Assembly (NCBI RefSeq): GCF_009914755.1
Contig: NC_060935.1
Strand: one strand, 5' to 3'
Length of the DNA stretch: 64,000 nt
Origin: the human T2T-CHM13v2.0 reference genome, Homo sapiens
The translations under genes and the position numbers were made by a program. Position 1 is the stretch's first letter. Each line of letters opens with the position of its first letter. Below, piece after piece: positions 10,304-27,388 of this stretch. The notes below the pieces were generated by a model that was given only the letters and a program-made list of their open reading frames with translations, did no database searches and was not told the origin of the DNA.

Positions 10304-13300
10304 AAAACATTTGTTAACAAGTCTCCTAAGCAATGCAAGGAAGATAGACGATAGACTACTAAAGAATTAAAGCTTTCTTTTTAAAAATATTATTTGGGTA
10401 GATAATGAAAGATGACTAATTTATGAATTCAGTGTCCATCTGGTATTCAACATTTTTAGCTCTGTAGGTCTTTTGTCATAATTAAGAGACATCCATACAT
10501 GGCTGAGGATTTAGCTGTCAATCCAACTGATGAAAATACTAATGGTAGATTACTTTCAAGAAAATAAAATAAAAACAGTGAAATAACATGAAAAGAAGAT
10601 TTACAATTAAGTTAAACAAGGATTTTTAAATCAAGCTATCAGGAACATCTGCTCAGAATCAAGTCACTACATCTAACTCCTCTATTTTGAGTTTTTTGTT
10701 GTTAGAATTGGCTACTTAGTCATCTTAATTCAGCTCACATAGTTAGATTAGTCATCAGGTAAGTACCAAATTAGACAGCCTTAAAAATACCTCATTAGTT
10801 ACCATTTTGATTGAAATCGTGCTTTCATGGCACAGATACTAATAAAATGGTAAAATAGTCATTGCCCATAAGAGGGGCTATGAGGGAGCTGTCCTCCCAT
10901 TTATTCCATTAACAGGGAATTCTTAAACAGAGCACGCCCTCAAACCAATGCATAACTTTATAAGATTAAAGACTCTCTAGTATTTTAAGAAGAAGGCAAG
11001 TCTTAGTTTGATTTAATATTGGGTATGTGTCTTCAAGAACTTTATTTAGCTACCCACATAAATTATGAAATGTATTTCCCAGAAAGCAGAGTGAAGATTA
11101 ATTAAGCCAGACACACAAGACTATTTAGGATAGTTAAGCCACGAGTCCAGGGCCCCTGGGAGAGGTGGCAAAGAAAAAGTAGTACAGAACTTAAAGACCT
11201 TTTTTCTATATTCCTCATTCTTGGCTGATCAAGGCATCTACCAGGACATGATCCTATTAATTTCCTGGCTGACTTCTTGGGCTCTGTGTCTTATTTCCAT
11301 TAATACACTAACAGCTGCAGGCTTTTAGTAAGCACATGCTTTTTAATGGAAATGCCACAGATTACAAGACAGGGATCATGTTCTCCTTACTGCTGCATTA
11401 TGCGTTTTTATTGCTGAATCAAATCAATAGCAAGTTCTTTTTTAAAATCGACATTCTAGTTATCTGTAAGGAACAAGCTTGTGTACACACACACACAGCC
11501 CACTGACTAGAAAACAGATAAGAAAACCTCAATAAATGTAGAAGCCATATTTACCAACTATTATCAAAAAAGACCCTTTTCCAAAAATATATTCAATTGT
11601 CTTAAGATTTATTATTTCAAAAGTGATACATAGAATTCTATCTTTGAGGAAGATGGGATAGGTGTTTTTTCTGTACTCCTCCCACTAAGAACAACTAAAA
11701 TCCCTGGGCAATACACATAAAAGAAAGAAGATAAGACTCTGAAAGGTGTAGAGAAGAAGGCAGACTGGCTAGGGAACCTCAGATTCCAAGGGAAGATATG
11801 GAGGTGAGTTCTAAAGATTTTCTTTCCCCATCGTATATTCCAGACTTGGAAATAAAGAAGCCAGCAACCCATAAATACCAATGGTAACCAACCAAAAGAG
11901 ACCACAAAAGCCTGCTCTTTAGCGAAAGGACCAGGAAAGGGACAGCGCAGCAAAAAAGAAAACTTTAACAATAAATCCTATAAACTAACAAAACAACAAG
12001 AAAAAACTGGCCCTACCCACACCAGCATAAGTTGAATGGGGAGTCTAGAGCTCCATCTTTGCCAGTATGGATCAAGTCATCCCAGCCTCCTGCTAGGTTG
12101 GTATCAGAGACGACCGAGCAGAGAACTGGGAATTTTCATCCCCACAGGGTAGTTCAAACCCTCCTCCACCTCATGGTATCAGTAGAAACCACATAGAAAG
12201 TCTAGACATCCCCACACCTGGCAGTAATAACCTCTCCCCTCCCTGCAGCTGCCATCACCACCACCACCTCCCTGCTGTAGTGGAATCAGAGGAGGACAAG
12301 TAGAGAGTTAGGGCTTATGCCATTGTCCAGTGATAATGAGGCCACCCTGGCCTCAGTGTTAGTGGAAGCCACATAAGGAGCTAGAACTCCTATACCTGCC
12401 CAGCAGTAATGAGAGACCCTTTCTTGGGTATTAATGGAGGCCAAGAGGGAAACCCGGACTTTTACTTCCACTAGGAAGTAGCAAAGCAGCACTCCCTTCT
12501 CTCCCCCACTGGAATAGGGTCAAAGGAAACCAGTTGAAACAAAGTTTAAATAAAATCCCAAGTCTCATGGTATCAAAAGCATCCAGGTTTGGCAAAAATC
12601 ATTCATCACACTAAAAACCAGAAAGATAAACAAAGAGTGAGGAGAAAACCTAATCAACAGATTACAACACCAAGATGACAAAGATGTTAGAATTATGACA
12701 AAGATTTTAAAGGAGCATCAGAAAAGTGCTTCAACAAGCGATTATGAACATGCTTGAAACAAATGAGATAAGTCTCAGCAACGAATGGTAAAGTCACAGC
12801 AAAAAAATCGAAGACAGAACTAAATGAACGTTTTAGAAATGAAAAATGTAAAAACTAAAATATAAAGCTTCGTGAATAGGCTCAACAGTAAAACGGAAGA
12901 GATAGAGGAAAAATCATCAATGTTTTTAGATAGAACAATCAAAAATTATTTAATCTGAATGAAAGAGAAAAAAAGACTGAGGAAATGAATGCATAGAGCA
13001 CCAGGGGCATATGGTACTATAGCAAAAGATGGAGCATTCAAGTAATCAAAGACTCAGAAAGAGAAAAGAAAGGGGTAGGCTGAAAAAAAATACTCAGAGA
13101 ATAGCTGAAAACTTCCAAATTTGGAAAGAGATATAACCCCACAGATTTAAAAAGCTGAATGAATCCCAAACAGGAAAACTCAAAGAAATCCACACCACCA
13201 CATCATAATTAAATTTCTGAAAACAAAAAGCAAAGAAAAAATCTTGAAAGCAGCCAGAGAAAAATGACACCCTACCACTAGAGGAAAAACAACTGGAATG

Positions 13301-13467
13301 ACAGCAACCTTCTCATCAGAAACCAGGAAGCCAGGAAGAAGTGGCACAATATTTTTCTAATGCTGAATGAAAAGAGCTGTCAACCCAAAATTCTATACAA
13401 AGGGAAATATTCTTTAAGAATGAGAAGGAGAAACAATACATTCTCAGATGAATCAAAGCTAAGAATA

Positions 13468-13595
13468 AGCCGGGTGCAGTGACTCATGCCTGTAATCCCA
13501 ACACTTCTGGAGGCCAAGGTGGGAGGATCATTTGAGCCTAGGAGTATAAGACGAGCCTGGACAACAGAGTGAGACCCTGTTCTCTATTTTTAAAA
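13468..13595 (+). mobile_element. Alu monomer (FLAM-like)
   Basis: single arm; TSD agctaagaata on both sides. Confidence 0.85.
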
Positions 13596-16500
13596 AAGAG
13601 CTAAGAATATATCAAGCATAACTCACCTAAAAGAATGGCTAAATGAAGTTCTCTAAATAGAAGGGAAACAAAAGAAAGAACTTGTAACATCAGGAAGGAA
13701 GAACACAGGAAGTGAAATTATGGATAAATATGATAGACTTTCCTTCTCTTGAGTTTCTAAATTATGTTTAACAGTTGAAGTGAAAACTATAACATGGTCT
13801 ATTATAGCTCTAAATATATGTAGAGGAAATATTTAATGCAAGTATATTATAAATGGGGGAAGATAACAAGACAAAGGGAAGTAAGGTTTTTATATTTTAC
13901 TTGAACTTATAAAATAACACTGGTAGACTGTGGCAAGTTACATACATATAATGCAATACCTAGAGCAACCACTAAAAAAGCTATACAAAGAAATATGCTC
14001 AAAAACACTAAAGATATGCCAAAATGAAATTCTAAAAAGTGTTCAAGTAACCCACAAGAAGGTAAGGAACAGAAAATTGAGAAATGAAAAAGAACAGAAA
14101 ACAAAAACTAAGTGGTAAACTCGAGGCCTAACATATTTATAATTGCAATAAATGCAAATAGTCTAGAAACACCAGTTAAGAGACAGAAATTGGTAGAGTG
14201 AACTAAAAATAAGACACAATATGCCATCTACAAGAAACTCACCTCGAATATAATAAAATAAGCATATTGAAAATAAAAAGATCAAAAATAGATACTATGC
14301 AAACATTAATCAAAAGAAAGCAGGAATGGCTATATTAATATCAGATAAAGCCGACATCACAGCAAAGTAGATTACCAGAAACAGGAACATTACATAATGA
14401 TGAAAGGGTCAATCTACCAAGAATACATAGCAGTCCTAAATGCTTATATACACAACAGAACTGCAACACATGTGAAACACAGAGAAACGGACAAATCACA
14501 ATTATAGTTGGAGACTTCAATACCTCCTCTCAGCAATTTATAGAACTAGACAGAAAATCAGCAAGGATATAAAAGAACTCGACACCATCAATCAACATTA
14601 TCTAATTAACATTTATGGGACATTCCCCCCAACAACAACAGGATGTACATTCTTTTCAAGTGCCCACAGGATATGCATCAAAAATCATATCCTGGGGCAT
14701 AAACAAACCTCAACAAATTTTTTTAAATTGAAAACATGCAGAGTGTATTGTCCAACCAGAACAGAACCAAATTAGAAATAAATAACAAAAACCGGTAAAT
14801 CTCCAAACACTTAGAAACTAAACAAAATACTTCTAAATAATCCAATGGTTAAAGAAGTCTTAGGGAAATAAAAGATACATTGAAATGAATATCAAAGAAA
14901 ATACAACATATCAAAATTTACAACACACAGCTAAAGCAGTGCTGAGAGGCAAATTTATAATACTAAGTATATACATTAGAAAAGAGGGAAAGTGTCAATT
15001 CAATAATCTTAGCTTCTACCCCAAAAATCTAGAAAAAGAGTAAAATAAACCCAAAGCAAGCAGAAGAAAGGAAGTAATAGCAAAAATAAATGAAACTAAA
15101 CACAAAACAATAGAAAAAAACACAGTAAAGCAAAGAGCTATTTCTTTGGAAAGGTCAATAAAATTGACAACCCTCTAGAATTAAACCCTCTGACAATTAA
15201 AAAGAAAGTGAAGACACAAATTACCAATATAAAGAATGAATGTAGGGATACCACTGCAGACCTGCAGACACCAAAAGGATAATAAGGAAACACTATAAAC
15301 AACTCCACATGCATAAATTTCAGAGATAAAATAGGCTAATTTGTTAAGAAACACAAAGTATTACAACTCACCCAATATGACACATATTATTTAAATAATC
15401 CTAAAACTATTAAGGAAATTGAATTTATAATTTTTTGATTTCCAAGGAAGAAGTCTCCAGGCCCAGATAGCTTCATAATATAATTCTACCAAACATTTAA
15501 AAATAGGATTAACATCAACTCTATGCAATTTCTTCTATAAAATAGAAGAGCATTACATTCTGATCTACTTTATGAAGTGTTTACAGTATGTATATAATAA
15601 ATTACATATTGTACTATATATTTATAGTATTACTCTGATAACAAAACCAAAGATAGTACAAAAAATTAGAACTGTAGACCAATATATTTCATGAATATAA
15701 ATGTAAAAACCCTTGAAATATTAGCAAATAAATTTCAGCAATATATAAAATGAATTATATGCCATGATCAAGTTGGGTTTATTTCATGGATGCAAAGCTG
15801 GTTCAGTATATTTTTTAAAAAAATCATAGTAATCCACATGTCAATAGGCTAAAGAAGAAAAATTATATGATTATATAAATGGATGCAGAAAAAGCATTTC
15901 ACAAAATCCAACATCCATTTATGATTAAAACCCTCAAAAAATGGGACTAGAAGGGAACTTCCTCAATTTGATTTTTTTAAAAGGTAGTATCTACAAAATT
16001 GATGAGTATCTACTTAATGGTGAAGGATTGCTTTCTCCCAAAAAAAGGAACAAGTCAAGGATATCTGTTCTTAGCACTCCTATTCAACATAGAGCCAAAA
16101 GTTACACCCATGAAAAGCACAAAAAAAAGAAATAAAATGCATCCATATTGGGAAAGAAATAAATAAAACTATCCCTATGCAGATGACATGATTGTCAATA
16201 CAGAAAATCCCAAGCAATCTACACAGAGATAAAAAAAATTCCTGGAATAACTAAGTTCAGCAACATCTAGAAAGGACAAAAGGAAAACACACAAAAATCA
16301 CCTGTATTTCTATATATTACCAATGAACATATGGATACTGAAACTAAAAATATAACACCATTTATAATTGATCAAAAAATGAAATTCTTAGATATAAATC
16401 TAAAAATCATGTACAAGAGTTGTATAACACACACACACGAAGAAATTGATCTAAATAAATGGAGAAACATATTGTGTTCATAAATTGAAATACTCAACAT

Positions 16501-19500
16501 AGTAGAGACATCCTTTCTCTCCAGATTGATATATAGGGTGAATACAATTCCTTTCAAAATCTCAGCAAGATTTTTCATAGATATAGACAAGATCATTCCA
16601 AAATGTACATGGAAAGGGAAAGAAACTGGAATAGCTAAAGTAATTTTTAGAAAGAATAAAGTGGGAAGAATCTATCCAGTTTCAAGATTTACACAGCTAC
16701 AGTAATCAAAACTGTGTGGTGTTGGCAGAAGAATAAACACACAGGCCAAGAACACAGAACACAGAAATACACCCACAGTGATATACTCAACTGAATTTTC
16801 ACAAAGATGCAAGAACAATTTGATGGAGGAAAGATAGTCTTTTCATTTTAACAAATGGTGCTGGAGTAAGTGGATATTCATAGAGGAGAAAAAAGCACTT
16901 TAATCTAAGTCTGGTATCTCATACAAAAAATTAACTCAAAATAGATGGCAAACTAAATGTAAAACATAAAACTTTAGAAAAAAAAAAACTTCAGGATCTA
17001 GAGCTAGGCAAAAAGCTCTAAAACTTGACACCAAATCATGATCTATAAGAGAAAAATGAATGAATTCGACTTCATCAAAATTAAAAGATTTTGATCTGTG
17101 AAAGACGTCATTAAGAGGATAAAACACAACGTAGAAGTCTGAGCAAGATGGCCTAATAGAACCCTCTAGCAAGCATCCCCCTACAGGAACACCAAATTGA
17201 ACAACTACCCATGCAAGAAAGCACCTTCGCAAGAACCAAAATAACCCAGCCCACCAAGGCAGTTCCTCAAGGAGCCAGCAGAAATTGCAGCATTCCTGTG
17301 CTTAGGGTACACCCCAGTGCTGATACACCTGCAGTGACCACAAGCTTAGATCACAACACTCAATCCCCTTTTAATATGTGGAAAGCCTTCTCAAGAAGGG
17401 CAGGTACAAATAAATCCAGATTACAAAGATTGGAATACTTAATTCTTCAATGCCCAAACATTGATGAGTGGCCACAAGCATCAACAACATCCAAGAAAAC
17501 ATGACTTCACTAAATAAACTAAATTAGACACCAGTGACCAATCCCACAGTGATGAAGATATCATCTTTCAAACAGGGAATCAGAATCACCACCTTGAGGA
17601 AGCTCAGCAACATAGATAAAAAGATAACAGAGAAGGAATTGAGAATTCTTTCAGAAAATTCAACAAAAAGATTGAAATAATTTGTTTTAAATCAAGCAAA
17701 AATTCTGGAGCTAAAAAATTCAACTGATAAACTGAAAAATGCATCAGAATCAACAGCAAATTGACCAAGCTGAAGAAAGAATCAGTGAGTTTGAGTCAGG
17801 CTACATGAAAACAGACAGTCAGAGAAGAGAAAAGAATAAAAAAGAAGCACACCTACAAGATCTAGAAAATAGCCTCAAAACAGCAAATCTAAGAGTTATT
17901 ACCCTTAAAGAGGACAGACAAAGAGAGACAGAGAGAAATATCAGGGTAGAAAGTTCATTCAAAGAAATGACAGAAATTTCCAAGCCTGGAGACATGAATA
18001 TCCAAGTACAAGAAGGTCATAGGACACCAAAAAGATTCAACCTAAATAAGACTATCTCAAGGTATACAATAATGAAACCCTTAAAGAACAAGGATAAAGA
18101 ATCCTAAAAGTAGTAAGAGAAAATAAGCAAATAACATATAAAGGATCTCTGGTATATCTGGCAGCAGACATCTTCATGGAAATCTCACAGGCCAAGAGAG
18201 TGGAATGACATTCGAAGTGCCAAAGAAAAAAGAAAGTCTAACCTAGAATATCATATCTAGCAGAATTATTCTTCAAACATGAAGGAGAAATACTTTCATA
18301 GAAAAACAAAAGCTGAGGGATTTCACCAACACCAGACCCACCTTACAAGAAATCTAAAGAAAGCTATTCAATCTGAAAAAAAGGGATGTTAATGAAAAAG
18401 AAGTAATTTGAAGATATAAAAATTACTCGTAAAAGTACACAGAAAAATAAATACACTAACACTGTAGTTGCTCTAACAGTATAGTTGCACTAACAGTGTC
18501 ATATAAACCACTTGTATCTTTCATAGGAAGACTAAAAGACAAATCTATCAAAAATAATTACAACTACATTTTAATAGATACACAGTATAAAAAGATAAAT
18601 AAAGAGATCAAAAAGTGAAAGCAGGGGGTAGGGAGGAGATGGAGTTCAAGTGTAGTGTTTTAATTTTATCTTTGCTTTGCTTTTCTTTGTAATCACAGTT
18701 GTCACCATTGTCACCATTTTTAAATTGGTTAATAAATGCTATTTGCAAGCTTCACGGTAATGGCAAAGCAAAAACCTGTAAGAGATACACACACACAAAA
18801 AAAGGAAATTAAGACATACTGTCAGAGGGAATCACTTTTACACAAAGAAAGACAGGAAGGAAAGAGGACCAACAAAACAACCAGAAAACAAACAAAATGG
18901 CAGTAGTAAGTTCTTACCTATCAATAACAACACTGAAATTTAAATGGACTGAATTCTCCAATCAAAAGACATACAGTGGCTGAATGGAGTTTTTAAAACA
19001 CCCAACTACATGCTGCCTGCAAGAAACTCATATCACCTATAAAGGCACACATAGACTGAAAAAGATATTCTATGCAAATGGAAACCAAAAAAGCAGGAGA
19101 AGCTACAGTTATCAGATAAAATAGATTTCAAGACAAAAACTGTAAAAGAGACAAAGGAGGTCATTATACAATGATAAGGGGGTCAATTCAACAAAAGCAT
19201 ATAACAATTATAAATATATATGTACCCAACACTGGAGCACCCGGATTTATAAAGAAAATATTACTGGAGCCAAAGAGAGATGGACCTCAATACAATATCT
19301 GGGAATTTCAACACGCCACTTTCAGTATTGGACAGATGACCCCAATAGAAAATCAAAGAAACACTGGACTTAATCTGTACTGCACACCAAAAGGACCTAA
19401 CAGACATTTACAGAACATTTTATCCAACTGCTGCAGAATACCCATTCTTCTCCTCAGCATATGGAACATTCTCAAGGACAGACCATATGTTAGGCCACAA

Positions 19501-20307
19501 AACAAGTCTCAAAAATTTTTTAAAAAATGAAATCATATCAACTACTTTTTCCAACCACAGTGGAATAAAACTAGAAATCAATAACAAAGGAAACTTTGGA
19601 AACTGTACAAACACATGGAAATTTTAAAATATGCTCCTAACCGACCATGAGGTCAATGAAGAAATTAAGAAAATATAAAAATGTATTGAAACAAATGAAA
19701 TACAACATTCCAAAACCAATGGAATACAGCAAAAGCAGTACTAGGAGTGCTAGTTTATAGCAATAAATGCCTCCGTCAAAAAATAAGAAAAACTTCAAAT
19801 AAACAATCTAACAATGCATCCTTGAAGAACTAGAAAAGCAAGAGCAAACCAAACTCAAAAACCAGTAGAAGAAGTGAAAGATCAGAGCAGAAGTGAATGA
19901 AATTGAGACTTTAAAAAAATACAAAAGAACAAAATGAAAAGTTGGTTTTTTGAAAAGATAAACAAAATTGACAAACCTTTAGCCAGATTAAGAAAAAAGA
20001 TCTTTCCTGTAGGAGTAGCTAAAAAGGAAAAAAGAGAGAAGAACCAAACAAATAAAACCAGAGATGAAAAGGGAGGCATTACAACTGATACCACAGGACA
20101 ACTATGCATCAATAAATTGGAAAACCTAGAAGAAATGGATAAATTCTTAGACATACAACCTGTCAAGATTGAAACCTGAAGAGATCCAAAACCTGAATAG
20201 ACCAATAACAAGTAATGAGATAGAAAGCTTTTTACTACTGCTTCTATCAAAGAAAAGCCCAGGACCTAAAGGCTTCACTGCTGAATTCTACCAAACATTT
20301 AAAGAAC

Positions 20308-20600
20308 TATGATGCCTGTAATCCCAGCACTTTGGAAGGCCAAGGTGGGTGGATCACTTGAGCCCAGGAGTTCAAGAACCAGCCTGGGCAACATGGTGAA
20401 ACCCCATCTCTACAAAAACTCAAAAATTAATCAGACACGGTGGTGTGCACCTGTAGTCATAGCACCCAGGAAGCTGAGGCAGGAGGATTGCTTGAGCCTG
20501 GGAGGCAGAGGTTGCAGATCACACCAAGATCACACCCCTGCACTCCAGCCTAGGTGATAGAGTAAGACCCTGTCTCCAAATAAATAAATAAATACACACA
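20308..20600 (+). mobile_element. Alu, 5'-truncated
   Basis: Alu consensus with (TAAA)n tail. Confidence 0.88.
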
Positions 20601-20941
20601 TACATACTATTCATACTATTCTAAAAAATTGGGCTAAAAAATTGAGCAGAAGGTAATACTTCCAAACCCATACTATGAGGCCAGTATTACTTGGATATCA
20701 AACCCAGACAAAGATACAACAGAAAAAAGAAAACTACAGGCCAGTATCTCTGATGAATATAGATGCAAAAATCCTCAGTGAAATACCAGCAAACTGAATT
20801 CAATAGCACATTAAAAAAGTATTCATCATGATCATGATCATGTGGGATTCATCCCAGGGATGCAAGGATAGTTAAACATATGCAAAAAATAATGTGATAT
20901 ATCACATTAAGAGAATCAAAGACAAAACCACATGCTTTTAA

Positions 20942-21504
20942 TTGATTTTTTAAAATATTTAATTTTATTTCAAGTTTGGTGATACATGTGCAGGACGTGC
21001 AGGTTTGTTATATAGGTAAACATGTGCCATGGTGGTTTGCTGCACCTATCAACCCATTACCTAGGTATTAAGCCCCCCATGCATTAGCATTTTATCCTGA
21101 TGCTCTCCCTCCCCCCGCCTCCTCCCTGACAGGCCCCAGTGTATGTTGTTCCCCTCCCTGTGTCCACGTGTTCTCATTGTTCAGCTCCAACTTATGAGTG
21201 AGAACATGCAGTGCTTGACATTCTGTTTCTGTGTTAGTTTGCTAAGGATAATGGCTTCCAGCTCTATCCATGTCCCTGGAAAAAACATGATCTTTCCTTT
21301 TTATGGCTGTGTAGTATTCCATGGTGCATATGTACCACATTTTCTTTATCCAGACTATCATTGATGGGCATTTAGGTTGGCTCCATGTCTTTGCCATTGT
21401 GAATAGTGCTGCAATAAACATACACGTGAATGTATCTTTATAATAGAATGATTTATATTCCTTTGGGTATATACCCAGTAATGAAATTCCTGGGTCAAAT
21501 GGTC
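20942..21504 (-). mobile_element. L1PA 3' fragment inserted antisense in the nested L1
   Basis: classic antisense L1PA 3' UTR (acatgtgcaggacgtgcaggtttgtta...gggtcaaatggt). Confidence 0.88.
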
Positions 21505-23004
21505 ATATGATAATTTTGATCGATGCTGAAAAAGCACTCAAAATTCAACATCCCTTCATTTTTAAAATACTCAACAAATTGGGTATAGAAGGAACATACC
21601 TCAAAATCATAAAGCCACATATGACAAACCCACAGCTAGGATCATACTGAATGGGAAAACTGAAAGCCTTTTCTCTAAGATCTGGAACAAGACAACGATG
21701 CCCACTTTCACCATTTTTATTCAACATGGTGCTGGAAGCCCTAGCCAGAACAACTAGATGAGAGAAAGAAATAAAGGGTATCCAAATTGGAAAGAAAGAA
21801 GTCAAATTATCATTCCTTGCAGACGATATAGTCTTATATTTAGAAAAACCTAAAGACTCCACACCAAAAATCTATTGAAACTGAAAAATAAATTCAGTAA
21901 AGTTGCAGGATATAAAAATCAACATACAAAAATCAGTATCATTTCTATATGCTAACAGTAAACAATCTGAAAAAGAAACCAAGAAGCTACTCCCATTTAC
22001 AATAGCTACAAATAAAATACCTAGGAATAAACTTAACCAAAAAAGTGAATGATGTCCACAATGAAAACTATAAAATATTAATGAAAGAAATTGAAGAGCA
22101 CACAAAAAATGGAGACGTTCCATGTTCATGGACTGGAAGAATCAATAGTGTTAAAATGTCCATGGTACCCAAAGCAGTCTACAGATTCAATGCAATCCCT
22201 ATCAAAATACCAATGACATTCTTCACAGAAATAAAAAAAAATTCTAAAATGTATATGGAATCACAAATGACCCAGAACAGCCAATGCCATCCTAAGCAAA
22301 AAAGAGCAAAACTGAAGGAATTATGTAACCTGACTTCAAATTATACTACAGAGCTATAGTAACCAAAACAGCATGGTACTGGCATAAGAACATACACATT
22401 GACCAACGGAACAGAATAGAAAACCCAGAAATAAGTCCATGCATTTATAGTCAACTCATTTTCAACAAAGGTGCAAAGAATATACACTAGGGACAGTCTC
22501 ATCAATAAATAGTGTGGGGAAAACTGGATATCCATACACGAAAGAATGAAACTAGACCACTATCTCTTGCCATATGTAGAAATCCAGTAAAGATGGATTA
22601 AGAACTTAAATATAAGATCTGAAACTATGAAACTACTAGAAGAAAACATTGGGAACATGTTCTAGAACATTGGTCTGGGCAAAGGTTTCTTGGGAAGACC
22701 TCAAAATCAGGCAACCGAAACAAAAATGGACAAATGAGATCACATCTCACTAAAAAGCTTTGCACAGCAAAGGAAATAATCAACAAAGTGAAGAGACAAC
22801 TCACAGAATAGGAGAAGATATTTACAAACTACCCATCTGACAGGTATTAACTGCTAGAATAGATAAGAAGCTCAAACAACTCAATAGGGAAAAAAATTCA
22901 ATTTTTTTGGACAAAAAATCCAAACAGGCATTTCTTTTGTTCTCTTTGTTTTTATTTGGCTCAGAAGGTACTGAATAGAGATTTCTTAAAAGAAAACAAA
23001 CAAG

Positions 23005-23297
23005 GCCGGCCACGGTGGCTCAAGACTGTAATCCCAGCACTTTGGGAGGCTGAGGTGGGCAGATCACCTGAGGTTGGGAGTTCAAGACCAGCTTGACCAA
23101 CACGGAAAAACCCCATCTCTACTAAAAATACAAAATTAGCCAGGCATGGTGGTGCATGCCTGTAATTCCAGCTACTCGGGAGGCTGAAGCAGGAGAATCA
23201 CTTGAACCCAGAAGCAGACGTTGTGGCGAACTGAGGTCATGCCATTGCACTCCAGCCTGGGCAACAAGAGTGAAACTCCATCTCAAAAAAAAAAAAG
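23005..23297 (+). mobile_element. AluS
   Basis: full Alu with A tail. Confidence 0.92.
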
Positions 23298-24117
23298 ACA
23301 AATGGCCAACAGGTATGTGAAAAAAATATTCAGCATCACTAATCAGAGAAACACAAATTAAAACTACAATGAGATATCATCTCACCCCATCAAAATGGCT
23401 TGCATCAAAAAGACAAGTAATAACTGTTGCTGGTGAGGATGTGTAGAAAGGGGAACCCTCATACACCATTGGTGGGAATGCAAACTCCTACAGCCACTAT
23501 GGAGAACAGTATGGAGGTTCCTCAAAAAACTACAAATAGAACTACCATATGATCCAGCAATCCCACCGCTAGATACATATCCAAAAGACAGGAAAACAGT
23601 ATATCGAAGAGATATCTGCACTCCCATGTTTATTGCAACCCTATTGACAACAGCTAACATATGGAATCAACCTAAGTATCCATCAACAGATGAATGGATA
23701 AAGAAAATGTGGTACATATACACAATGGAACATTATTCAATCATGAAAAAGAATAAAATCCTTCATAAAAAAGAATAAAATCCTATCATTTACGAAGAAT
23801 AAAATCCTTCATAAAAAATAATAAAATCCTGTCATTTGCAACAACATGGATGGAACTAGAGGACATTAAGTGAAATAAGCCAGGCACAGAAAGACAAATA
23901 TTATATGTTCTCATTCACACTTGGGAGTGAAAAAAAAAAATTGAACCCATGGAAATAGAGTAGAATGGTTGGTTACCAGAAGCCGGGAAGGGTAGCAGGG
24001 AGGGGTTGGGTGAGTGGGGATTGTTAGTGGGTACAAAAATACAGTTAGAATAATTAAGATCTGGTACTTAGTAATACAATAGGATGACCATAGTCGATAA
24101 GTTACTGTACATTTTTA

Positions 24118-24465
<348 letters not shown>

Positions 24466-25578
24466 CTAACACAAAGAAATGATCAACGCTTGAGGTGATG
24501 AATACCCCAATTACCATGATTTATAACACAACATGTGCCTCTATCAAAACATCACATGTACTCCACATATATAACTATTATGTACCCATAATAATTAAAA
24601 ATAAAGAACTTTTTAAAATACAAGGTACAAACTGGAAGAAAATAGTTTCAGGCCACACATCTGACAAAGCACCAGTGTCTAGAATATATCAAATATTCTC
24701 AAAACTCAGTGGAAAAATAAACAACGCACTCAATTAGAAAATGGCCAGAAGACTTACACAGATATTTCATCAAACAAGATATTCAGATGCCAAATGAGCA
24801 CAAGATGTTCAACATCACTAGCCATGAGGGTCATGTAAATTAAAACCATACTAAGATACCCTACACACCCATCAGAATGGCTGAAATAAAAAATTATGAC
24901 AATACCAAAGACTGGTAAGTGTGTGGAAAAGCTGAATCACTCATACATTGCTGATGGGAACATAAAATGGCAGTTTCTTTAAAAACTAAGCATGCAACTA
25001 CTATATGACCCATTAATTGCACTCATATGTTTTTATTTCTCTGGAATAAATGCCTATGTTCACACATTGTCTACACAAATGTTTGTAGCAGTTTTATTCC
25101 TAATAACCAGAAACAATCGGTTGTTCTTTGACAGGTAAATGGCTAAACTGTGATGTATCCATACCACGGAATACTGCTCAGCAACAATAAGGAATAAACT
25201 ACCAATACATGCAGCAACCTGGATGAATCTCCAAAGAACTATGCTTAGTGAAAAGAGCCAATTCCAAAAGGTTACCTACAGTATGATTAATTTATAACAT
25301 TTTTGAGATGACAAAATTAAAAGAACAGGGGGAAGATTAGTGGTTGCCAAGGGGTTAAGAAAGGGATGGGAGTCGGAGGAAGTGTGTGCAACTATAGAAG
25401 GGCAACAAGAGGAATTCTTGTGGTGATGGAAGTGTTCTGTATCTTGACTGTAGCAATGTCAATATCTGGTTGTGATACTGTACTAAAGTTTTGCAAAATG
25501 TTACCAAGGGGGAAAACTAGGTAAAAGAATGCATGCAATCTATGTTATTTCTTACAACTGCATGTGAATTTATAATTA

Positions 25579-25925
<347 letters not shown>

Positions 25926-27016
25926 AGTGGTACATACTCATCATAGAAAATTTTCAAAATGTAGATTAGGAAGATCTAATTTGGTTATTATACAAATAGA
26001 CTAATAGATATGACATTAATATATTTAGGGGCTTTTCAAGTATATTGACTACTTTTTATCACAATAAAAATATATAGTTGATTATATTTTTTCCCCTACA
26101 CATTTGCTCAGAGCCTCCTGAGAGGCTCTAAAGGATTACACAGGGATCATATGCTCATGGATGGCTGCCTCTGAGCCAAACCCTAGCACATTGTGGAATT
26201 GGTTTCTTCCTGAGTACCAATTTGGAACAATTAATTATAATGGTCATCTCAAGTACTGTGCTACAAGAATTATGAGGCAATCTCTGAACCCAAATCAGAA
26301 CACTGTGATTGACTAGCAGTGTCCATCAGCAGCATGGGGTTCAGGGGTACAGTGTCACCTCTGCTGGCTGGAAGAAATGTTTTTAAACCAACCTTGCAAA
26401 CTGCAAGGGACACTATTAATAAAACCCTCTGTGTAAAGGTTCTTGAAAAATCACTCAGTCTTCTGTCATATCCAAATATTATGTTGCATTTTTTATCTAG
26501 CAACTATTATATATGGTTGATTTTTCTTTTTTTAGTCCACTAAATTGTACATGTAAAGACCAAACAGCTTCAGATTTTTACAGCGATTAGTTCTCCATGC
26601 CCAGCCTAGAACACAATACTTCTTACTCTGCTGAGAGAATGATCAACCAACAAGCATTATTTAATGCCGTGTATCAGATTATATATTAGGCAAGCATTTA
26701 ATCACCAATAAAGTCATTCAGTCTATAAATCTGAACACTGCTATATGCCAACATTAAATGGGAATATGAGGTATCTGTACTCTGAAAACTCAGTCTATTG
26801 GGAGGATACTGATAACTATGAAACAATTATAATAGATAAGTGCTCTTCTAGGGGCAGACAGAATGCTGTAAGGAACCCCTAACATATGACTGTAAACTGG
26901 ACTTGGGGATCAGGAAGTCTTCCTGGAAGAGGTAGCATCTCAAGTGATACCCAAAGATCAAGAGGGAAGGGAGAACAATGAGGCAAGGTGAGAAGTATCC
27001 CAATCAAGAAGTCTCA

Positions 27017-27388
<372 letters not shown>

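Noticed and set aside
17739-23660. ORFs resembling L1 ORF1p/ORF2p
   Set aside because: Short frameshifted remnants of dead L1 elements; no intact autonomous element
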